A DNA stretch of 64,000 nucleotides, taken from assembly GCA_965223415.1 (NCBI GenBank), contig OZ245002.1, positions 3,968,001 through 4,032,000 on the forward strand, read 5' to 3'. Shown piece after piece: positions 36,975-46,985 of this stretch. A program made the translations under genes and the position numbers. Position 1 is the stretch's first letter, and each line of letters begins with the position of its first letter. Below the pieces are notes generated by a model. The model ran no database searches. It saw only the letters and a program-made list of their open reading frames with translations, and was not told the DNA's origin. Source of the DNA: Myxococcota bacterium (lineage in GTDB: Bacteria > Myxococcota_A > UBA9160 > UBA6930).

Positions 36975-39304
36975 GCCTTCGACGCCCCGGTCTCCCGCAA
37001 GTCCTCCTCCTTGTGGCGGCCGTCGGCTCGACCGGCTGCTCGATGCTGGTGGCAAACCTCCGGCAGGACAGCATCGACGGGAGGATCGGCGAGCGGGTCG
37101 AGAAGCCCGTTCCCGCGCTGCCCGCCTTCGAGGCCGGCGCGGCACGCGTCGACCTGACGCCCATCCCGGGCATTCCCCTGGGCGGCTACTCCGTCGAGGG
37201 CAAGATCAGCCGCGGCTTCTGGGGGCGCCTGTGGGCGCGAGCAATCTACCTGGAGGACGAGGACGAGTTCCCGCTCGTGCTCGTCTCGACCAACCTGATG
37301 ATCATGCCCTACGGCCTCTCGAACCGGGTGACCGAGCTGGTCCAGGAGCACCTCCCCCACGTGGGCCGTGAGAACGTCGTGCTTGCCGCCACCGAAACCC
37401 ATCAGAGCCCGGGCAACTTCTTCAGCGATCCCATGCACAACGCCGTGGGCTCCGCAGAGAGCGGCTTCGACGAGGCCCTGTTCGACTTCCTCGCGATTCG
37501 CATCACCAAGGCCATCGTCGATGCCCACGAGGCGCGACGGCCCGCGCGGGTGCGACTCGGGAATCCCGCCAGCCTGCAGGGCCTCGTTCGGAACCGGAGT
37601 CTGGAGGCATTCATGGTGAATCCGGGAGCCGCGAATCTGATGCAGGGCAGGCCGACCTGCCCAGCCGACCAGTACTTCGACAGCCCGGACGAGTGCCGGG
37701 CCGTCGAGCCGCGTATCGACGTTCTCGAGCTGGTCGAGCGCGACGATCCAACCCAACGGATTGCCCTCGCGGTCTTCCTCGCCACCCACACGACGATTCT
37801 CGACAAGGAGACCGAGGTCTTCGCCGGCGATTTCTTCGAGGCCACTGCGACGTTGCTGGAGACCGACGCCATGCAGGGCGTGGGGCCGTGCCCCGCCCAG
37901 GAGGATGCCTTCCCCGTCGTGGCCCTCTTCAACGGGGCCCAGGGAGACGTGTCCCCGAACTATCACCGCTCTCCGCGCGACCGGGCGCGCGTGCTCCAGC
38001 TCGGCCGGGACGTCGCGGAGCGGGTGTGCACGACCCTCGGGGCGCCGGACCTCACCAACACCGAGATCCGCTTCCGCTACCAGTTCCAAAGCCTGGACCA
38101 CGACCGTTTCCTGGACGAGGCGTTCCCCACGGACGCCCTGATCCCCTACGTCCTGACCGACCCGGATTGCCACTACAACTTCGAGCTTGCGCAGCCGCCG
38201 CCGTCCCGGCCCTGGCGACGCCGCACTGCGCGGGATCCCAAGCCCGGCTTCCCGCAGATGGGCGGCGCCGAGGACGGCTACTCGTTCTTCCACGAGATCG
38301 GCCTGCTCGAAGGCGATCGGGCGTCGAAGCGCCAGCGAAACGAGGCCGGGCACGGCATCAAGAAGTCACGTCTGGACCTCGGTTGGCTCTCGATTCCCAT
38401 CGGCCGGGTGGCGTTGGACTTCCTCAGTCCAGCGGAAGAGGCGCCAGTCGGCGTCTACCGCATCGGTGACCACGCCCTCGTCGGTCTGCCCGGCGAGTTC
38501 ACGACGTCGCTCGGAGGACGTGTTCGCCATCTGGTGAGCCTGGAGGCGGGTCTTCCGCCCGGCGGCCGGGTCATCCTGATCGGCATGGCGAACGGCCATA
38601 CTTCCTACGTGACCACGCCGGAGGAGTACGACGCCCAGCACTACGAAGGTGCGTCGTCGCTCTACGGGCCGGGCATCGGTCACATCTTCGCTCAACGCCT
38701 GGCGTGTCTGGCGAAGAAGACCCTGGAGATCCCGAGGCAGCGCGAGTTCGCCCTCACGTACGACCACGATGTAGGGGAGCCGCGCCGGTTCTCGGTTCCC
38801 AATGTCGGCGGGCCCCCCTACTTCGTCGACGATGGTCTGGCAGCGATCGCGATGGACCCGGCAACCGGCCACGTCCGGCGCGACTACCCGACCTTCTGCT
38901 GGATCGACGACGTTCCGGGGTTGGGAATGGGTGGTCCGGCCTGCGCCCGTACGCTACCGCGCGTCGTCGTGAAGGACGGAGACGTGCCGGTCGCCTCCAA
39001 CGAGGAGCTCGGAATCGTCACCGTGGTCACGGACGTTGGGCTCGACGCGGCCAAGAAGCTCCAGGCCGAGTGGTGCGCGATCTGGCTCGCGGACGATGCG
39101 GATCCTGCGAAGACCTACACCTTCCACGTCGAGCCGGTCGGCGCCGGCCGGACCGTTCCGCCCCATCCGATGAGCCCCACGGGCCTGAGCCAGCGCGCTC
39201 TTGCGCGGCCCCTCTCGCAGCCGCCCGAAGGCGGCCTGCTCTGTGACTGGTTCGGCCATGGCTGCCCGGCCACATGCAGTGCGCCCACGCCAGCGCTGCC
39301 ATGA
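36971..39304 (+). CDS. Neutral/alkaline ceramidase-family lipoprotein
   Basis: Lipobox-like STGC; motifs RLWARAI, ATETHQSPG, GAQGDVSPN, LPGEFTT and YVTTPEEYDAQHYEGASSLYG. Confidence 0.85.
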   Translation: MSLRRPGLPQVLLLVAAVGSTGCSMLVANLRQDSIDGRIGERVEKPVPALPAFEAGAARVDLTPIPGIPLGGYSVEGKISRGFWGRLWARAIYLEDEDEFPLVLVSTNLMIMPYGLSNRVTELVQEHLPHVGRENVVLAATETHQSPGNFFSDPMHNAVGSAESGFDEALFDFLAIRITKAIVDAHEARRPARVRLGNPASLQGLVRNRSLEAFMVNPGAANLMQGRPTCPADQYFDSPDECRAVEPRIDVLELVERDDPTQRIALAVFLATHTTILDKETEVFAGDFFEATATLLETDAMQGVGPCPAQEDAFPVVALFNGAQGDVSPNYHRSPRDRARVLQLGRDVAERVCTTLGAPDLTNTEIRFRYQFQSLDHDRFLDEAFPTDALIPYVLTDPDCHYNFELAQPPPSRPWRRRTARDPKPGFPQMGGAEDGYSFFHEIGLLEGDRASKRQRNEAGHGIKKSRLDLGWLSIPIGRVALDFLSPAEEAPVGVYRIGDHALVGLPGEFTTSLGGRVRHLVSLEAGLPPGGRVILIGMANGHTSYVTTPEEYDAQHYEGASSLYGPGIGHIFAQRLACLAKKTLEIPRQREFALTYDHDVGEPRRFSVPNVGGPPYFVDDGLAAIAMDPATGHVRRDYPTFCWIDDVPGLGMGGPACARTLPRVVVKDGDVPVASNEELGIVTVVTDVGLDAAKKLQAEWCAIWLADDADPAKTYTFHVEPVGAGRTVPPHPMSPTGLSQRALARPLSQPPEGGLLCDWFGHGCPATCSAPTPALP

Positions 39305-40623
39305 CTGCCACAGTGACCGTCGGGCCGGTGGTCGGTGCCCTCACCGACCGCACCGCGCGCGTTCTGGCCGAGGTGGATGACGACGTCTCGGTTTCCGTGA
39401 CGCTGACCGACGCGAACGGCCAGGTGACCGGTTCCGGGCCGCTTCCTCTCGAGGCCCACCGTCCCCAGGTGTTCGCATTCGACGGCCTCGCTCCGGGCAC
39501 CGCCTACACCGTCGGCTTCGTCGGCGCCGCCTCGCCCCAGCCCGGCAGCTTCCGCACGCTCGATTCGCAGCCCACGGTGCTGCGGATCGGGGCGGTCAGC
39601 TGCAACAAGCACGGCGCCGCGGCCGCCTGGCAGGCCGTGCGCGCCGAGGTGGAGACGCTCGATCTGCTGGTTCACGCCGGCGACCAGATCTATCCGTCGC
39701 AAGACCTGTTCGACGAGTCGGTGGCGGACTGGGAAACCATGGGATCCGCGGCCGCGCCGGTGATCCGGGAGCGCTACCGGGAGGTCTACCGAAGCAGCTG
39801 GACGCGGCCGGCCACCCGCGACGTGCTCGCCCACGTACCGAACCTGATGATCTGGGACGACCACGAGGTGCGGAACAACTGGGGCACCCGGGAAGAGGAT
39901 CGCGATTCGGCGACCCCCGGCCACCAGGTCGGCCTCCAGGCCCGGGAGGTCTACCGCGCCTACCAGGGGGCGCTCGCCGGGCCGGTGGGCGCGAACGGCG
40001 AGCACGAGGGGCATCTTCACGTGCAGGGCGAGATGGCCGTGCTCTTCCTGGACCTCCACGGCGCTCGGGCCTTCGCGCCGGACCCCGGGTTTCCTATGCT
40101 GGGCGCCGCGCAGCGCGCGGCGGTGGAGGCCGCCTTCGCTGCTGGCGGCGCGCTCGAGCAGGCTCGCGCGCTCGTGGTCGTGAGCAGCCTGCCGCCCGTC
40201 CTGCTCTCCCCCTGGCTGCTGACGGGTCTCGGCCCGCTGGTGGAGAGCATGAAGGGCCAATGGGCCCACGCCCGCCACCGTCCCGAGCAGCGGTGGCTCC
40301 TCGATCTGCTGCGGAGCTGGCAGGCCGACGGCGACCGGGCGGTCCTCCTGCTTTGCGGGGACCTGCACATCGGCGTGCAGCGCACGGAGATCCGCCACGG
40401 TGGCGAGGTCTTCGAGCAGATGATCTCGAGCCCCATCAGCCACGGCTCGGACCTCTTGGAATACCTGCTGGTGACCGCCGCCCTCCGCGCGCATCGATTC
40501 GAGGGGCAGGGCTTGCGGGTTCGCCATAGCGGCTTCCTGCGCGGGACCCACTACGGCATCGCGACGCTCACCGCACAGCCCGGGGCCCCGGCAGCCGTCT
40601 CGGGCGAGCTGGTCCCCACCTAG
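39301..40623 (+). CDS. PhoD-like metallophosphatase without signal peptide
   Basis: Motifs GAVSCN, HAGDQIY, IWDDHEV and LCGDLH; ATGA-coupled to the ceramidase. Confidence 0.85.
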   Translation: MTATVTVGPVVGALTDRTARVLAEVDDDVSVSVTLTDANGQVTGSGPLPLEAHRPQVFAFDGLAPGTAYTVGFVGAASPQPGSFRTLDSQPTVLRIGAVSCNKHGAAAAWQAVRAEVETLDLLVHAGDQIYPSQDLFDESVADWETMGSAAAPVIRERYREVYRSSWTRPATRDVLAHVPNLMIWDDHEVRNNWGTREEDRDSATPGHQVGLQAREVYRAYQGALAGPVGANGEHEGHLHVQGEMAVLFLDLHGARAFAPDPGFPMLGAAQRAAVEAAFAAGGALEQARALVVVSSLPPVLLSPWLLTGLGPLVESMKGQWAHARHRPEQRWLLDLLRSWQADGDRAVLLLCGDLHIGVQRTEIRHGGEVFEQMISSPISHGSDLLEYLLVTAALRAHRFEGQGLRVRHSGFLRGTHYGIATLTAQPGAPAAVSGELVPT

Positions 40624-41162
40624 GACCGGGTCGGGTCTTCCGGGTCGCCGGTGCTGTTGCGGCGCTCGATCGCTTCGATCACGCGATCGAGCCGCTCGTT
40701 CATCGCGTCGATGTCGGCGCGCGTCGGCACGTCGAGGAGCTTGACGACCCGCTCCATCGTCCGCTGCACCAGCGCCTCGAAGTCCGGCGGGGAGAAGGGC
40801 CTGCGAGCGCTCTCCTCCTCTTCCTCCTCCTGGCCGAGCATCCGGCGCATGTTGCGCTGGAACTCCTCGACGTTCTCCCGGGCGTCGTCGGCGCCCTTGC
40901 GGAGGGCGTCGTAGAGCGCGTCGCCGCCCTTCTGGAACAGCTCCGAGAGCAGGTTGCCCGGCACCGCACGGCCGCCGCGCTCGGTGTCGACGAGGATCTG
41001 CGAGAGCGTGACCGAGGTGATGTCCTCGCCGGTCTCGTTGTCGATCACCTTGACTTCCTGGTCGTTCTCCAGGAGCTCGGCGATACCCTTCAACGTGATG
41101 TAGCGGCTGGTCTCGGTGTTGTAGAGCTTGCGATTGGCGTACCGCTTGATGAGGACGGCCAT
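40620..41162 (-). CDS. PhaR-like polyhydroxyalkanoate synthesis regulator (DNA-binding domain)
   Basis: IKRYANRKLYNTETSRYITL and VIDNETGEDITSVTLSQI; C-terminal VPTRADIDAMNERLDR resembles a phasin-type tail. Confidence 0.85.
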   Translation of the reverse strand: MAVLIKRYANRKLYNTETSRYITLKGIAELLENDQEVKVIDNETGEDITSVTLSQILVDTERGGRAVPGNLLSELFQKGGDALYDALRKGADDARENVEEFQRNMRRMLGQEEEEEESARRPFSPPDFEALVQRTMERVVKLLDVPTRADIDAMNERLDRVIEAIERRNSTGDPEDPTRS

Positions 41163-41261
41163 GGGCTGCTCTGCTCGGCGACGGGGTTCGGACATGGTCC
41201 CCCGGGGTCGGAAGGGGCCGGACGTTAGCAGACGGCCCTGGCCTGTCACCTGCGCCGCGGC

Positions 41262-41753
41262 TCAGCCCTCCACAGCGATCCGCTGCACCTGCGGCGGTGC
41301 CTCCTTCGGCGGCTCGGCCTCCCCGGCGGCGGGGGAGGGTGCTTCCTCCCCCTCCGAGGTGCGCACACCGAGCTCCCACAGCAGCTCCCGGACCCCGAGG
41401 AAGGCACGCAGCACCGAACGGGCCTCGGGCTCCTGCCGGCTGCGCGCCTCCCATCGGCCGATCTCGGCGTCGAGGGCCTCTGCCACGGTTCGCAGCAGGG
41501 CGGCTCCGTCCTTGACGGCGTCCGGCTCGACCCAGCGGCGGAGCGCCGTGAGGCCCTCGCCCAGGCCGGCCGCCGGTGTCTCGGCGGCGACCTGGCCGGT
41601 GGCGGCGAGGGTGGCCGCGTCCAGCAGGGCCGCGAGGGCGGCAGCGCTCTCGGCGGCCGCACGCTGGGCGTGGCTGCGGGCGCGGCGGAGGGCCTCCTGG
41701 GCGTCGGCCGGCGGCTCTTCCGGCGGGATTCCCGCGGCTTCGTCGTCGCTCAT
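41262..41753 (-). CDS. Hypothetical helical protein
   Basis: ATGA-coupled to the upstream ArsA-like gene; ends VQRIAVEG. Confidence 0.6.
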   Translation of the reverse strand: MSDDEAAGIPPEEPPADAQEALRRARSHAQRAAAESAAALAALLDAATLAATGQVAAETPAAGLGEGLTALRRWVEPDAVKDGAALLRTVAEALDAEIGRWEARSRQEPEARSVLRAFLGVRELLWELGVRTSEGEEAPSPAAGEAEPPKEAPPQVQRIAVEG

Positions 41754-42934
41754 GGCAGGGAGCTCTCCGTTCCGGGTTCGAACAGGGCCGACTCGATGCG
41801 GCCCAGGGTGTCGAGATCGTGAACGTCGCGGGGCAGCTGCGGCACGCGTCGCACGAAGGCGTCCGCCTTGGCTGCCCAGCGCAGGAGCGGTGCCGTGGCT
41901 TCCGCATCCCTGTGCACGCGACGAGCGTAGCTGCCGACACAGTGCCGCGCCGTCCGCGCCGCCGCGCCGACCTGCGCCGGATCGAGACCACGCTCGGCGA
42001 GCGCGCGCCCCAGCGCCTCCCAGGCCGCGGGCGCCGCGGGCTCGAACGCCTCGAGCTCCGGGTCGAGGTGCAGGCGGTTCAGGATCACGCCCCGCGTCGC
42101 CGCGCCGAGCCCGTCGAGGCGCTGGGCCAGAGCGACGGCCTGGTCGACCTGTCCCCGTCCCGCGCCTGCCGCGAGCACGAAGGCGGTGGTGCCGCCAAAG
42201 AGCAGCTCGCGCACGTGATCGGCCCGGGCGCGGAAGCCCTCGGACAGCTCTTCGAACAGCAGCAGGAACTCCGACAGGTCCTCGAGGAAGGCCATGCCCG
42301 ACACCCGCTCGAGCAGGCGGAAGAGCGGCTCGGTGCCCTTCTGGAAGAGGCGCAGCCCGAAGCGGCCGGCACTCATCGCCGGGTGCACCAGGTGGCGGGC
42401 GATGCGGCTGTCGACCAGGCCGACCAGGCGCTCCGGCGCCTCCAGGAAATCGAGCGCGTGCTGGGACGGCGGCGTGTCGAGCACCACGACGTCGAAGCCG
42501 CCGGCGGCCACCAGCTCGTCGACCTTCTCCATGGCCGAGTACTCGCTGCTGCCCGCCAGGGCGTCGGAGACGTGCTGATAGATGGGGTTGGAGAAGATGC
42601 GATCGCGGGTGGCGTCGTCCCGTGCGAAGCGGTGCACGAGATCGTCGAAGGTGCGTTTCGTGTCGAGCATCATGGCGGAGAGCGAGCCCGGCGCGAGATC
42701 CAGCCGGGCGAGGATCTCCGCCGGCAGGGCCTCCGGCTCCGGTCCGAGGCGCGGGAGGCCCATGGCGTCGGCCAGGCGCTTGGCGGGATCGATGGTCAGC
42801 ACGAGGGCGCGGGCGCCGCGCCGGGCCGCGCCCAGGGCGAGGGCGGCGGAGAGGGTCGTCTTGCCGACACCCCCGGAGCCGACGCAGGCGACGATCGGGT
42901 GCTCCTCGAGCAGGCGGGCGGGGGTGGCGCTCAC
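41750..42934 (-). CDS. ArsA/Get3-like ATPase (Rv3680-like subunit)
   Basis: Motifs CVGSGGVGKTT, TIDPAKRLADAMG, MLDTKRTFD and VLDTPPS. Confidence 0.9.
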   Translation of the reverse strand: MSATPARLLEEHPIVACVGSGGVGKTTLSAALALGAARRGARALVLTIDPAKRLADAMGLPRLGPEPEALPAEILARLDLAPGSLSAMMLDTKRTFDDLVHRFARDDATRDRIFSNPIYQHVSDALAGSSEYSAMEKVDELVAAGGFDVVVLDTPPSQHALDFLEAPERLVGLVDSRIARHLVHPAMSAGRFGLRLFQKGTEPLFRLLERVSGMAFLEDLSEFLLLFEELSEGFRARADHVRELLFGGTTAFVLAAGAGRGQVDQAVALAQRLDGLGAATRGVILNRLHLDPELEAFEPAAPAAWEALGRALAERGLDPAQVGAAARTARHCVGSYARRVHRDAEATAPLLRWAAKADAFVRRVPQLPRDVHDLDTLGRIESALFEPGTESSLP

Positions 42935-43896
42935 GCTCCTGGCTCCGCGGGGCCCAGCAGCTCCTCCGCCAGTTCGGCCAGCGCCGCCGTGCCGGCTCCG
43001 GCCATGTCCCGGTAGGGGAGCAGGACGATCGGGAGGTCCGCGTCTTTGCGGAGATCCGCCACCGCCTCCCGGTGCATCGCGGCTCGCTCGCGCAGGTGGG
43101 CGACGCAGCGCGCCAGGCTGGCCGGGGAGGGCAGGCCCTCCGGCGCTGCGGGAAGCGCGGCCAGACGCTCCGGGAGATCGGCGAGCGCGGCGGGCAGCGG
43201 GTTCGCCTCGGCGGCGTTCACCACGATGCGGTCCATCGCGATGCCCACCTCCGCTCGCGCTCGGGCCACGAGCTCGAGGGTCTCGTTGACCGGAAGCTCC
43301 TCGGGCAAGGTGACCGGCAGCAGCAGCGTCCGCTCCGGGTCGCGGACCATCTCCTCCACCCAGCCGGCGTGGCGCCGCAGCGGGCCAGCGCGCACGGCGG
43401 AGACCACGACCCGCGGCACGTCCAGGAACGTGAGGCCGTGGCCGGTCGCCGGGGCGTCGACGATCAGGAGGTCGATGCGATCCGGGGCTTCGGGCGGCGG
43501 CTGCAGCAGGTGCCACACCTTGCCGAGCGTGATCAGCTCCCGCCAACCCGGCGCGGCGTCGAGCAGCGCGTGGAACCCGGGCTGGTCCAGCAGCCGGGTC
43601 ACCAGGCCGGGGATCCGCAGCTGGAGGTGGAGGTACTCGGCGAGTGCGGCGTAGGGCTCCATCCTCCGGACGACCGGGCCGCAGGCCAGGCGCCGGCCCG
43701 TGTAGCCCACCGGCGGCAGCGGGTCGCCCAGCAGGCGCGGCAGCTCTTCGTCCCGCCCGGTCTCGATGGCGCACACCCGCAGGCCCCGGGCCGCCGCACC
43801 CAGGGCGAGGGCGCCAGTGACGGTGGTCTTGCCCGTGCCGCCCTTGCCGGTCACCACGATCAGGCGTCGTTCGAGCAGGGGGCGGAGCTGCGCCAA
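42931..43896 (-). CDS. ArsA/Get3-like ATPase (Rv3679-like subunit)
   Basis: Motifs VTGKGGTGKTT, VDAPATGH and LPEELPVNET. Start codon (TTG) uncertain. Confidence 0.88.
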   Translation of the reverse strand: MAQLRPLLERRLIVVTGKGGTGKTTVTGALALGAAARGLRVCAIETGRDEELPRLLGDPLPPVGYTGRRLACGPVVRRMEPYAALAEYLHLQLRIPGLVTRLLDQPGFHALLDAAPGWRELITLGKVWHLLQPPPEAPDRIDLLIVDAPATGHGLTFLDVPRVVVSAVRAGPLRRHAGWVEEMVRDPERTLLLPVTLPEELPVNETLELVARARAEVGIAMDRIVVNAAEANPLPAALADLPERLAALPAAPEGLPSPASLARCVAHLRERAAMHREAVADLRKDADLPIVLLPYRDMAGAGTAALAELAEELLGPAEPGA

Positions 43897-44128
43897 GCGG
43901 GGCCTCGTGAGAGTGCGGCCGTCGCGCCTCCTCCCCCCGAAACCTGCCCCCCTCGGGGCCAGCCGGGGGGGCTCAAGCACCCCTTCGGCGGAGCCGAAAC
44001 GAAGCGCGGAGACCTGGAGCGACGGATGGCTGGCGAGGAGGGCGGCCCGCGGTGGATGGGAGCGCACGGACCTGCGCCGTTGAGGCGCGCACACTAGCAG
44101 CAATCCGGGCCGGAGGGCGCCCGCCGCG

Positions 44129-45406
44129 ATGATCCTCGCCTGCCAGCAGTGCCAGACCCGCTTCCGGCTCGACGAGGCGCGCATTCCCTCCGAAGGCGCG
44201 CGGGTGCGCTGCTCCAAATGCAACCACGCCTTCACCGTGCGCCCGCCGGAGGTCGACCCGGAGGTGACCTTCGACGGTGTGGTGGCCGAGGCGGTGGAGG
44301 AGGCGATCCCGGCACCGGAGCCCGGCGCCGGCGCGGCTGGCCCCGAGCACACGGACCCGGGCCTCAGCGAGGCCCTGGAGCCGGTCGGCGAGGTCCCGCC
44401 GGACCAGTGGACCTTCAGCGACGAGGCGCCGGTCGATGCGGCCGACACCTCCCCGGCGTCCGGCCTGTTCGGCACCTCGGACGACCTGGTCGGCGATTCG
44501 GCCGGGGCCCGCGCCGCGGAGCCCCTCCCGGGCACGAACCCGGACGATCCGCTGGAGGCCCTGGCCCGCGAGGTGGCCGCCGAGAAGGGCGCCGCCCCGC
44601 CGCAGGCCGAGCCGAAGCCCGCGCCCGCCCCGCCGCAGGCCAAGCCGAAGCCCACGCCCGCCCCGCCGCAGGCCAAGCCCGCGGCGGCCCCGTCGCCCGC
44701 GCCGGCCGAGGCCTCCACGGCCGGCGCGAACACCCTGGACGGCCTCGGCGACCCGGCGGAGTGGGACTTCCTGGCGGATTCGGTCCCCGAAACCCCGGTC
44801 GAGGCCCGGGTCGAGCCCCCGCCCGTGGCGGCAGGGGCCGTGGAGGCGGCGCCGGCCCGCCCGGGCTGGGTTCTGCCACCCGCGCTCGCGTCCCTACTCT
44901 CCCGGCTGGGAGGCGCCGCGGGCTGGGCGGGCGCGGTGGGCTTGATCCTGGTCGGGCTGGCGCAGGTCCTGTGGCCGGCCCCGGTGGCCACCACGTCGCC
45001 GGCCCCCCTTCAGCTGGTGCGAGGCGATCCCGAGGTGCGCGGGCTCAGCTCCCGCCACCTCGAGAACCTCCACGGAGGGGCCATGCTCGTCGTGGGCGGA
45101 GAGGTTGCGGCCCGCAGCGCTGGCCCCGACGGCCTGCGGGTGCAGCTCCTCGACGCCGCCGGTCGCCCGCTCGAGGGGGGACGGGCCTGGGCGGGCCCCC
45201 CGCTGGGCGAGCGGGTCCTTCGCGAGCTGGACCCGGATCGCATCCGCGCGCGGCTGCAGGACGAGAGCCCGGCGCTGCGGCCCGGCGGCCTGTTCCACGC
45301 GGTGTTCCCGTCGCCTCCGGTCGGCGCAAGGGGCGTGGCGGTCATGGCCGCGGCGCTGCCTAGGGAGCCTCGTCTCCCTCCGTCACCTTCTCCGGCTCCG
45401 GAGTGA
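44129..45406 (+). CDS. MJ0042-type zinc-ribbon membrane protein (DUF3426-like)
   Basis: [32 protein letters not shown], followed by an acidic Pro/Ala linker, one TM and a C-terminal domain. Confidence 0.8.
   Translation: MILACQQCQTRFRLDEARIPSEGARVRCSKCNHAFTVRPPEVDPEVTFDGVVAEAVEEAIPAPEPGAGAAGPEHTDPGLSEALEPVGEVPPDQWTFSDEAPVDAADTSPASGLFGTSDDLVGDSAGARAAEPLPGTNPDDPLEALAREVAAEKGAAPPQAEPKPAPAPPQAKPKPTPAPPQAKPAAAPSPAPAEASTAGANTLDGLGDPAEWDFLADSVPETPVEARVEPPPVAAGAVEAAPARPGWVLPPALASLLSRLGGAAGWAGAVGLILVGLAQVLWPAPVATTSPAPLQLVRGDPEVRGLSSRHLENLHGGAMLVVGGEVAARSAGPDGLRVQLLDAAGRPLEGGRAWAGPPLGERVLRELDPDRIRARLQDESPALRPGGLFHAVFPSPPVGARGVAVMAAALPREPRLPPSPSPAPE
44594..44680 (+). repeat. 33-bp coding tandem repeat (about 2.6 copies)
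   Basis: GCCCCGCCGCAGGCC begins at 44594, 44627 and 44660; the unit encodes APPQA(E/K)PKP(A/T)P. Confidence 0.85.
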
Positions 45407-45557
45407 CGTCGATCTCGTCGTCTCCCGAGACGCCGCTGCGGAAGCCCTTGATCGCCTTGCCGATGCCGCTGCCGATCTCCGGGAGCCGCCGTGCGCCGAA
45501 CAGCAGCACCACGATCACCAGGATCACCAGGAGCTCCGGGAAGCCGAGACCGAACAT
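45360..45557 (-). CDS. tatA: Sec-independent translocase subunit TatA
   Basis: [40 protein letters not shown]. Confidence 0.93.
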   Translation of the reverse strand: MFGLGFPELLVILVIVVLLFGARRLPEIGSGIGKAIKGFRSGVSGDDEIDVTPEPEKVTEGDEAP

Positions 45558-45650
45558 TCTCCCGAAGAAGGTGCCTGTCGGGTAGGGACCGGTCAAGGCG
45601 GGGACCGCTGCGCACGAGATGCGCGCTGTTGGAGTGTCTAGAATCACGCG

Positions 45651-46985
45651 ATGCCGAAGATCTTCAAGGCCTATGACGTGCGCGGGATCGTGCCCGACGA
45701 GCTCGACGCGGACGACGCCCATGCCATCGGTCGTGCGACCGCCCACTTCCTCGGCTCCGACACCCTGGTGATCGGCCACGACGCCCGGGCCAGCTCACCG
45801 GAGCTGCTCGAGGCGCTGCTTCGCGGCGTGTGCGACGAGGGCACCTCTGTCGTGAACATCGGGCTCGTCGCCACGCCGATGCTCTACTACGCCGTGGACC
45901 TCCTGGGCGCCGGCGGCGGCATCATGCTCACCGCCTCCCACAATCCCGCCCAGTACAACGGCTTCAAGATCTGCCGGGAGCAGGCCATCCCGATCGGTGA
46001 GGCGAGCGGTCTGAAGGAGATCGAGCGCCTCGCCCGCGAGCGCCCGCAAGCGCCGGTGGCGGCCACGCGCGGCAGCGTCCACGAGCGCGACGTCCTGGCC
46101 GGCTACGCGGAGCACGTGCTGGCGGTCGGCGTGGAGCGCCCCGCACTCCACGTGGCCATCGACTGTGGCAACGGCATGGCCGGCGTGCCCCTGGAGCCGG
46201 TGCTCCAGGCCCTGCCGCTGCGCACCGAGCGGCTCTACTTCGAGCCGGACGGCACCTTCCCGAACCACCCGGCGGATCCCCTCGAGGTCGAGAACCTGGC
46301 CGAGGTGGCGGAGCTCGTGAAGCGCACCGGTGCGGACTTCGGAGTGGCCTTCGACGGCGATGCCGACCGGGCCATCTTCGTCGACGACCGCGGCGAGCCC
46401 GTGTCGTCGGACCTGATGACCGGCCTGCTGGCGCGCACCCAGCTGCGCCTCCATCCCGGCGGCCTCGTCCTCTACGACCTGCGCTCCAGCTGGGCGACGG
46501 CCGAGGAGATCGAGGCCGCCGGCGGGCGCGCCGGCATATGCCGCGTCGGCCACTCGTTCGTGAAGGCGAGCATGCGCGAAGAGGGCGCCGTCTTCGCCGG
46601 CGAGCTCTCCGGCCACTTCTACTTCCGCTTCTCGCCCACCCTCGTGGCCGACGACGGCATCGCCGCCTTTGTCGCGTTGGTCGACCTGCTCGGGCGGGAA
46701 CGCAAGCCGCTCTCCGAGCTCATCGCCCCGCTGCGCCGCTACCACGCGAGCGGCGAGATCAGCCGCCGCGTCGGCGACCCGGCCGCCATCCTCGACGCGG
46801 TGGAGAGCCGCCACCGCGAGGCGCCGGAGGTCTCGCGCCTCGACGGCCTGCTCGTCCGCTACGACGACTGGTGGTTCAACCTGCGTCCGTCGAACACCGA
46901 GCCGCTCCTGCGCCTCAACGTGGAGGCGCGCACGCGGGATCGCATGGAGAGCGAGCGGGACCGCCTGCTGGAGGTGATGGTCTAG
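45651..46985 (+). CDS. Phosphomannomutase/phosphoglucomutase
   Basis: Motifs [27 protein letters not shown] and RPSNTEP. Confidence 0.95.
   Translation: MPKIFKAYDVRGIVPDELDADDAHAIGRATAHFLGSDTLVIGHDARASSPELLEALLRGVCDEGTSVVNIGLVATPMLYYAVDLLGAGGGIMLTASHNPAQYNGFKICREQAIPIGEASGLKEIERLARERPQAPVAATRGSVHERDVLAGYAEHVLAVGVERPALHVAIDCGNGMAGVPLEPVLQALPLRTERLYFEPDGTFPNHPADPLEVENLAEVAELVKRTGADFGVAFDGDADRAIFVDDRGEPVSSDLMTGLLARTQLRLHPGGLVLYDLRSSWATAEEIEAAGGRAGICRVGHSFVKASMREEGAVFAGELSGHFYFRFSPTLVADDGIAAFVALVDLLGRERKPLSELIAPLRRYHASGEISRRVGDPAAILDAVESRHREAPEVSRLDGLLVRYDDWWFNLRPSNTEPLLRLNVEARTRDRMESERDRLLEVMV

Noticed and set aside
41750..43896. Arsenic-resistance operon
   Set aside because: No arsR/B/C/D or acr3 is present, and the motifs match the Rv3679/Rv3680-like Get3 subgroup.
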